This document shows, piece by piece, positions 25,329-31,135 of a stretch of 31,135 nt of DNA. This stretch comes from Candidatus Hermodarchaeota archaeon. Lineage in GTDB: Archaea; Asgardarchaeota; Hermodarchaeia; Hermodarchaeales; Hermodarchaeaceae. Under the pieces are notes generated by a model. The model was not told the DNA's origin, made no database searches, and saw nothing but the letters and a program-made list of their open reading frames with translations. A program made the position numbers and the translations under genes. Location: NCBI GenBank assembly GCA_016840065.1, contig JAEOTB010000117.1, positions 1 to 31,135 on the forward strand, in the 5' to 3' direction. Each line of letters starts with the position of its first letter. The stretch's first letter is position 1.

Positions 25329-27302
25329 CTATTGTTTCGAAGGAATACGCTGCAGAGCAAAGAGAGTTGGGCACTTCTCACGCAAACAAGCAGTACAGCT
25401 AGTACATCTTTGCTCATCGATTCTTGCGCGCTGTTCTTCAAGGCTGATAGCGTTCCTAGTACAATGCGAGAGGCAAGTTCCACAGCCTGTACACAGCATT
25501 CCTCGCAGGACAGCTTTGACTAATAGATTCGCCGTGTTTTCTAGAGCTGATTCAGTTCCTGAAACAACAAAGTTTCCTCCCTCAAAGAGAAGGCACTTTA
25601 CTATGATATCTTCTGTTATAATTGAAATCTCAATAAATCCTCGGTTCACGTCATGCACAACTTCTCCCAAGGCAGGTAGAAATGCAGTTACTAATTCGAG
25701 TGAGATTGATTGGTTGAATCGTCCCTGAACCAATTTCCCTCCTTCTAAATCCTCACGAATAGATGAAATCGTGAATGCAATATTCCTCTTGACTTTCTCG
25801 GTAGAAGGTGCCTTAAGGGGTACACCAAGTTTCTCTGCAATCTTTCTGATTGGAACAGGGTGGTTCTTCCATCTCCAGAACCCATACTTGATCCATTCCT
25901 TGGGAAGTCCATGTTGCTTAGCGATGCGCAGAGCAACTTGGTTCCAGCGTGCCCAAGCTTTGGGGTGAGAGGATTGGATTGTGGTAAATTCGCTCATATC
26001 TGAAGCTGGGCAATACATGCAGCCAATGCGTTCGAAACCTCGACGATACAGGATATTGAAGGGTGCTTGTTCTTGAAGGAGGTAAAGCCAAATCATCAGG
26101 GCAGTCCAATTGTGGATTGGACTCGCTCCAATCTGGTTTGGTACCCATGGGTTTCTCCATATCCTTCTAGCCTGTGACCGGCGCTGCGATTCGTAGCGAC
26201 GCTGTCCAATGAAACTAAGACAGCCCTCTGGGAAGTGTTCATCGATGAGTTGAGTTGTAGGTCCGAGCTTGACTGTTTTACAACAGACTCTGTAATCCCT
26301 TGCAACGAATCCGTATTGTTCAAGTACAAGAAAGAATTGATTTTCATCAACATGTCCGACAAGCAGCTGCTTGTCCAATCCCAATACAGACACTACTTCA
26401 GATACATTCTCAACTGTTTCGGGAAATTCGATTCCAGTGTTGATGAACATCACGTGGAATTCTTGGTTAGCAAGAGCCTTCTTTACTAGTAGCAACACGA
26501 CTAAGCTATCCTTCCCTCCTGAGAAGGCTACTACTGGTGGTTTTGCAACCTCAGTAATTGTGGTGCGGATAAAACTGATTGCCTCCTTCTCCAACCGTTG
26601 AAGGAGGGGAGAATTCGCTTCTACAGCCTGTTCCCAAGTTTGGCCGCCAGGAAGTATCTTGGGTTCTGCTGGTGATCCGCTGTAGCGTTTCTTAACTGCT
26701 ACGCCACGAGTTCGAGCTAGCATTTCCTCGCCAGTCATTTTCGCTGTTCCTGTAAGTACGACCATTCCCTGTTTGTCTACAACGAATACGACATCGCCGG
26801 GATTTATCGATGTATTAGCTTCTTCAACACCTGGTCCCATAAGGTTCGCGCCGCGCGCTAATGCTTGTGCAGCTACATCATCTACAAGGATACATCTGCT
26901 GGGGACTAGTTGAGCTAATCTTCGAGCGCCCTCTAACTTTGGTATGAATTCCCATGCTAGCTTTTCTAGGAAAAACTTGTGTAACCCGATTATTTGTCCA
27001 TCAAGAATGACTTCCTCGCAACGGTCCACCTCTGGAATCGAGTTCAGAAGCACAATTTTGTCTGAGGGAACCAGCTTCCGTGAAACCTGCTCTCCAAATC
27101 TTGCTGAAATGGAAGAGTGGAGCTGTTTGAGGTCTGCTTCAAAGGCGGGGCGTGCATCGCCAGGGGGCGTGACCCTAATCCTCTTTGTCTCAGCTCCGCA
27201 CAACCCACAATGTTTACCCTTGGCGATAGGCAGGTTGCACTCGAAGCACCAAGCGAGAAATAATGGTCCAAGATATGGTTTCCTTTTCTTCTTTCTTTTC
27301 AT
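25329..27302 (-). CDS. PAPS-reductase-family protein with Zn ribbon, PUA and C-terminal 4Fe-4S domains
   Basis: WCFECN..CGLCG; PUA (GANLMGPGV); PP-loop SGGKDS; CCKTVK; GQRRYES; RIGCMYCP; CTGCGTC..CTSCTAC. Start ATG 27302 (or 27314). Confidence 0.85.
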   Translation of the reverse strand: MKRKKKRKPYLGPLFLAWCFECNLPIAKGKHCGLCGAETKRIRVTPPGDARPAFEADLKQLHSSISARFGEQVSRKLVPSDKIVLLNSIPEVDRCEEVILDGQIIGLHKFFLEKLAWEFIPKLEGARRLAQLVPSRCILVDDVAAQALARGANLMGPGVEEANTSINPGDVVFVVDKQGMVVLTGTAKMTGEEMLARTRGVAVKKRYSGSPAEPKILPGGQTWEQAVEANSPLLQRLEKEAISFIRTTITEVAKPPVVAFSGGKDSLVVLLLVKKALANQEFHVMFINTGIEFPETVENVSEVVSVLGLDKQLLVGHVDENQFFLVLEQYGFVARDYRVCCKTVKLGPTTQLIDEHFPEGCLSFIGQRRYESQRRSQARRIWRNPWVPNQIGASPIHNWTALMIWLYLLQEQAPFNILYRRGFERIGCMYCPASDMSEFTTIQSSHPKAWARWNQVALRIAKQHGLPKEWIKYGFWRWKNHPVPIRKIAEKLGVPLKAPSTEKVKRNIAFTISSIREDLEGGKLVQGRFNQSISLELVTAFLPALGEVVHDVNRGFIEISIITEDIIVKCLLFEGGNFVVSGTESALENTANLLVKAVLRGMLCTGCGTCLSHCTRNAISLEEQRARIDEQRCTSCTACLREKCPTLFALQRIPSKQ

Positions 27303-27396
27303 TGTGATGTGCATCGAATTATCGAATATGTAAATAGATGAGGGCTAGATGTTAGCGCATTAGGGTGCTTTGAGCCGATTTGGGCGATTACCATAC

Positions 27397-27738
27397 CTAC
27401 CTACCCATTGGTCCTACTAAAGCTCCCTGAATCTCCTTATAGATCTCAGAGCGAAGTCGCTGGACATCCGCGATGCTGATTTCCTCAGCTTCTTTTACAG
27501 TCTTTGTAAGTTGAATCACATTTCCAACAGCTGAAATGTTGGCGACATCGATTGGCAGTTCAACACCGAGACCTTTTACTTGCAGCTCAACTTTCCCAGG
27601 AGGAATGGCGATTCGCAGGCTTCGGACAATACCGATACGACGGGCACTTCCGTCGATAACCTCCTTACCCATAATATTTCCTGGGATTTGCAACTCGTAG
27701 ACCTCTGCAGTAGTTGTAGACGGGTACTTCTCAGGCAA
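27397..27738 (-). CDS. PRC-barrel domain protein
   Basis: IMGKEVIDGSARRIGIV..L.I, ISAVGNVIQL. Likely TTG start at 27738 (SD GGAG, TATA TTTATAT upstream). Confidence 0.65.
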   Translation of the reverse strand: MPEKYPSTTTAEVYELQIPGNIMGKEVIDGSARRIGIVRSLRIAIPPGKVELQVKGLGVELPIDVANISAVGNVIQLTKTVKEAEEISIADVQRLRSEIYKEIQGALVGPMGR

Positions 27739-27827
27739 ATGAAAAACTCCTTTGAATGATAACACTCCGCTAGTGGGATATAAATTCAATCTGACAAATG
27801 ATACAGTAGTTATTAATTAATTCGCTG

Positions 27828-30119
27828 ATGGACATGTCGGCTAAAGAATACGTCACTCATCCGTTGATTAAACCGCGCGCAATCGAGAAACGGTTGTACC
27901 AAGAGACTATCATCGGTACATCAATCAAGTGGAATACTCTTTGTATTTTGCCAACTGGTTTAGGGAAAACTCTGATTGCGGTATTGGCTGCTGCATATCG
28001 GCTGAGAAAATTCCCCAATTCTAAATGCGTATTCTTAGCACCGACGAAGCCTCTAACTCTCCAACATCAAGAAACCTTCCTGAATGTTATGACTCTTCCC
28101 GACAACAAGTTACGACTAGTAACTGGGGAAGTCGCACCTGAGCGTCGTCAGAGCCTCTGGGAAGATGCTCAAATCTTCTTCATGACTCCTCAGGTACTTC
28201 AGAATGACCTTCTTGCAGGGCGGTACACGTTAAAGGACGTGTCATTGCTAGTAGTGGATGAAGCACATCGAGCTGTTGGTGACTATGCCTATGTCTTCAT
28301 CGCAGAGCAGTATTACCAGCAAGCAACTTCACCACTTCTCCTAGCATTGACAGCGTCACCAGGGTCTGAGATAGAAAAAATCCGTGCGGTAGTCAGTAAT
28401 CTACGGATAGAGAATATCGAGCTTCGTACCCGGGAAAGCCCTGATGTGGCGCCATATGTTCCACATGTTGCGTTCGAATGGAAGGAGGTGACCCTCCCCG
28501 AAAGGTTTCGAGAAGTCGGTCGTCGTCTGAAGCAGGCGATGAGATCTAGGCTTCAGCCAATTAAAGAAGCAGGATTCATCGAGACCCGTGATTTAACAAA
28601 GGTTGGAGTTAGAGATATTCTCGGGCTGCAAAGGGCCCTTCAACGACGGATTGCAGCTGAATCCCAACCTCCCAGTCATTTGTTCCAGCTCGTATCGCAT
28701 TGTGCAGCGCTAATACGGTTATATCACTGCATGGAGTTGTTAGAAACCCAGGGCATCTCTGCACTGGCATCGTATTTGTCAGGTGTATTTGATAAGGCTA
28801 AAAGTAGTGGTGCATCCAAAGCAATTCGAGGGCTAGCTCAAGATCCTGATGTACAGGAGGCTAGACTGCTCACCGAAAAGCTGGTAGCAGATAAGGTGGA
28901 GCACCCCAAGCTAGCAGTCTTGAAGAGGCTAGTTCACCGTCAGTTCAAAGACGTACCAGAATCTCGTGTTATTGTTTTCTCGCGTTTCCGCGGAACAGCT
29001 CAGCTGATTGAAAAAACACTCAAAGAATTACCCGATGTAATCCCTATCAGATTTGTCGGGCAAGCCTCCAAGATTGGTGACCCAGGTCTAACTCAAAAAG
29101 AACAGGCTAAGATTCTGCAGGCCTTCCGAGATGGCAGCTACAATGTTTTGGTGGCTACCAGTGTCGGTGAGGAAGGACTGGATATCAAAGAATGCAACCT
29201 TGTAATATTCTATGAGGCAGTGGCTAGCGCCGTAAGATTGATACAGAGAAGGGGGCGAACTGGCCGTACTCAGCCAGGTCGAGTTGTTGTATTAGTAGCT
29301 AAGGGGACCAGGGATCAAGGATACTATTGGGCAGCTATCCGAAAAGAAGCCCAGATGAAAGAATTGCTGAAGGAGATGAGGAAGATATCTCGTGATGTTG
29401 TTCGCGATAGGAAACAGGCTACACTCAAGGACTTCATAACAAAGCCAACACCAAAAGGGCAAGAGACAAGCCCTAAACCAAGTGTTAAAATCGTCATAGA
29501 TAGCCGTGAATTACGTTCGGGAATTGCCAAGTCATTGAAATCCCTGGGTGCTGAGCTCCAAGTTGAAACTCTAGAAGTAGGGGATTATATTCTCTCAGAC
29601 CGTGTAGGAGTTGAAACAAAGACTGCCAATGATTTTGCACAGTCAATTGTTGATAAACGCCTTTTCACCCAGTTGGCAGTGTTGCGGGATACATTCCCGA
29701 TTCCTCTCCTTTTGATTAGCGGTGAAAGCATATACGGTACTGGAGGAGTCAGCCATCAAGCAGTACGTGGCGCACTCGCCAGTGCCATGATTGGTTTCCG
29801 CGTTTCCACGATTAACGTCGCGAACCCAGAGGAAGCTGCAAACCTTCTCTACACCATCGCTCGCAGGGAGCAACAAGAGAGGAAACACACTCTCAGCATA
29901 AGAGGAGGAAAGCCCTCCCTGAGTACATCTGCTCTGCAAGAATACATAATAGCAAGCCTACCTGGAATCAATACAACCCTAGCTAAACGACTCCTGTCAA
30001 AGTTTGGAAATGTAAGCAAAGTCGTCCAGGCTTCACTCGAAGAATTAGAAGAGGTTCAAGGAATCGGTAAAGCAAAGGCCAAGGCAATAAGAAAAGCCCT
30101 TGACTCGCCCTACGAATAA
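27828..30119 (+). CDS. hef: Hef (FANCM-like DEAH helicase + ERCC4/XPF nuclease + HhH)
   Basis: LPTGLGKT, DEAH, LTASPG, TSVGEEGLDI, QRRGRTGR; GDY..ETK...D nuclease motif; two HhH motifs (LPGI, VQGIG). Confidence 0.95.
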   Translation: MDMSAKEYVTHPLIKPRAIEKRLYQETIIGTSIKWNTLCILPTGLGKTLIAVLAAAYRLRKFPNSKCVFLAPTKPLTLQHQETFLNVMTLPDNKLRLVTGEVAPERRQSLWEDAQIFFMTPQVLQNDLLAGRYTLKDVSLLVVDEAHRAVGDYAYVFIAEQYYQQATSPLLLALTASPGSEIEKIRAVVSNLRIENIELRTRESPDVAPYVPHVAFEWKEVTLPERFREVGRRLKQAMRSRLQPIKEAGFIETRDLTKVGVRDILGLQRALQRRIAAESQPPSHLFQLVSHCAALIRLYHCMELLETQGISALASYLSGVFDKAKSSGASKAIRGLAQDPDVQEARLLTEKLVADKVEHPKLAVLKRLVHRQFKDVPESRVIVFSRFRGTAQLIEKTLKELPDVIPIRFVGQASKIGDPGLTQKEQAKILQAFRDGSYNVLVATSVGEEGLDIKECNLVIFYEAVASAVRLIQRRGRTGRTQPGRVVVLVAKGTRDQGYYWAAIRKEAQMKELLKEMRKISRDVVRDRKQATLKDFITKPTPKGQETSPKPSVKIVIDSRELRSGIAKSLKSLGAELQVETLEVGDYILSDRVGVETKTANDFAQSIVDKRLFTQLAVLRDTFPIPLLLISGESIYGTGGVSHQAVRGALASAMIGFRVSTINVANPEEAANLLYTIARREQQERKHTLSIRGGKPSLSTSALQEYIIASLPGINTTLAKRLLSKFGNVSKVVQASLEELEEVQGIGKAKAKAIRKALDSPYE

Positions 30120-30141
30120 GATGAGGAAACATCCTCTTAGT

Positions 30142-30510
30142 CTATTCCCAAAGGCTGTGTATGACTCTCAGAGTTTCCACAAGATCCTTGGCAATAGCTG
30201 CAAAGGTCCGAATTTCCTCTAAATGTGGCTGTTTTCTCATCGATTGGCATAGACTGTCAATACTCACAAGTATCTTATCAGCTAGTTTCATCAGCACTTC
30301 CTTCATCGGTAGAGCTGGCACCGTATCTTCAGATTCTACGGTCACCTTCTCCTTATCTTCGGTATATCTGACATTACACTTTGCACAGTACAAAGTACCT
30401 TCTGGCAATCTAAGAAGTGGAGTATTGCACTTTTGACAAGCTATGTCGAGAATTGCCGCACCTTTTCGAAGCAGCTGCCCCATCCGTCTAGTCACTTCTT
30501 CATCTGGCAT
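30142..30510 (-). CDS. UPF0148 / Sjogren autoantigen-1-like Zn-ribbon protein
   Basis: MGQLLRKGAAIL..CQKCNTPL..YCAKC; start moved to ATG 30510. Confidence 0.8.
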   Translation of the reverse strand: MPDEEVTRRMGQLLRKGAAILDIACQKCNTPLLRLPEGTLYCAKCNVRYTEDKEKVTVESEDTVPALPMKEVLMKLADKILVSIDSLCQSMRKQPHLEEIRTFAAIAKDLVETLRVIHSLWE

Positions 30511-30597
30511 AACACTTCTAAGTAGGTGAAAAAAGCTTTTAAGCCATATTGGTGTTTCCACGCCTACCCAGCGTTTGTTAAGCGAGGGGATAAGAAG

Positions 30598-30885
30598 ATG
30601 TCAGAATCAGGTAATGAAGAAATTTCTGAGGAAACAATAGCGAAAATAGAGCAAGTGACTATTGTTTTATCACAAATCGGAGAAGACAGTACAGTTCCTC
30701 GAAACATTCGCCGAGCTGCAAATGAAGCAATCGATGCGCTTCACAGCGACATAGGTTCTCCTGCGGTTCGCGCATCCAACGCTATCTCAAGATTGGGTGA
30801 TGCAACACTAGACCCCAACTGTCCAAGCCACGCGAGGACCCGAATATGGAATGCGGTCTCAATCCTCGAGACTATTAACGATTAG
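30598..30885 (+). CDS. UPF0147 family protein
   Basis: [28 protein letters not shown]; start moved to ATG 30598. Confidence 0.88.
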   Translation: MSESGNEEISEETIAKIEQVTIVLSQIGEDSTVPRNIRRAANEAIDALHSDIGSPAVRASNAISRLGDATLDPNCPSHARTRIWNAVSILETIND

Positions 30886-30919
30886 GGTTGACAACACGAA
30901 TACAAGTCAATCGCTATTT

Positions 30920-31135
30920 TTATTTAATTAGACTCAGTAGTTCTCGTGCGAGCTGCAAATCTCGTGCAGCGATATAGGAATAGGTAGAGGTATTGTTGCA
31001 TTCACCTGCAATTGGGGCTAATTTCTGGTCAACCAAAACCGCTCCAGCTTCATTAAGGATCAAAGAGGCTGCAGCTAAATCAGTACCCCTAAAAGTTCCT
31101 CGCAAGTCCACAAAGGCATCAAATATTCCATTAGC
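30920..31135 (-). CDS. Inositol monophosphatase / FBPase (FIG family), C-terminal part; 5' end lies outside the window
   Basis: ANGIFDAFVDLRGTFRGTDLAAASLILNEAGA matches the FIG C-terminal signature. Confidence 0.8.
   Translation of the reverse strand, partial: ANGIFDAFVDLRGTFRGTDLAAASLILNEAGAVLVDQKLAPIAGECNNTSTYSYIAARDLQLARELLSLIK

Noticed and set aside
30123-30136. GAGGA-AACA-TCCTC hairpin between convergent genes
   Set aside because: A 5-bp stem is too weak to call a terminator.
30510-30598. Apparent head-to-head overlap of the UPF0148 and UPF0147 ORFs
   Set aside because: Disappears with starts at 30510 and 30598, leaving an ordinary divergent promoter region.

Overview
Gene-dense archaeal core-genome segment. 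PolD, Elf1, full-length Hef, PAC4-like and SWS1-like genes point to an Asgard or Bathyarchaeia-type lineage (inference). Contents in order: a split A/V-type ATP synthase cluster (HTH regulator-F-A-PhoU-like regulator-B), an intron-containing tRNA-Pro(CGG), a SWIM protein, an unannotated 35-aa membrane micro-ORF resembling eukaryotic OST4, RPA, Elf1, a DPM1-like glycosyltransferase, a GIFT-domain surface protein, a dolichol kinase-like protein, PolD DP2, a CBS protein, glyA, Sec61beta, a beta-CASP nuclease with a PIP box, a SAMHD1-like HD hydrolase, a PAC4-like chaperone, a four-subunit 2-oxoacid:ferredoxin oxidoreductase, DUF2070, a PAPS-reductase/PUA protein, a PRC-barrel protein, Hef, UPF0148, UPF0147 and a partial IMPase/FBPase. 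No mobile elements or CRISPR arrays were seen. Best leads: the OST4-like micro-protein near dolichol/glycosylation genes, the SNM1-like PCNA-binding nuclease, regulators embedded in the ATPase operon, and a kb-scale G+T/A+C skew oscillation. All family calls come from motif recognition by eye; no database search was run.
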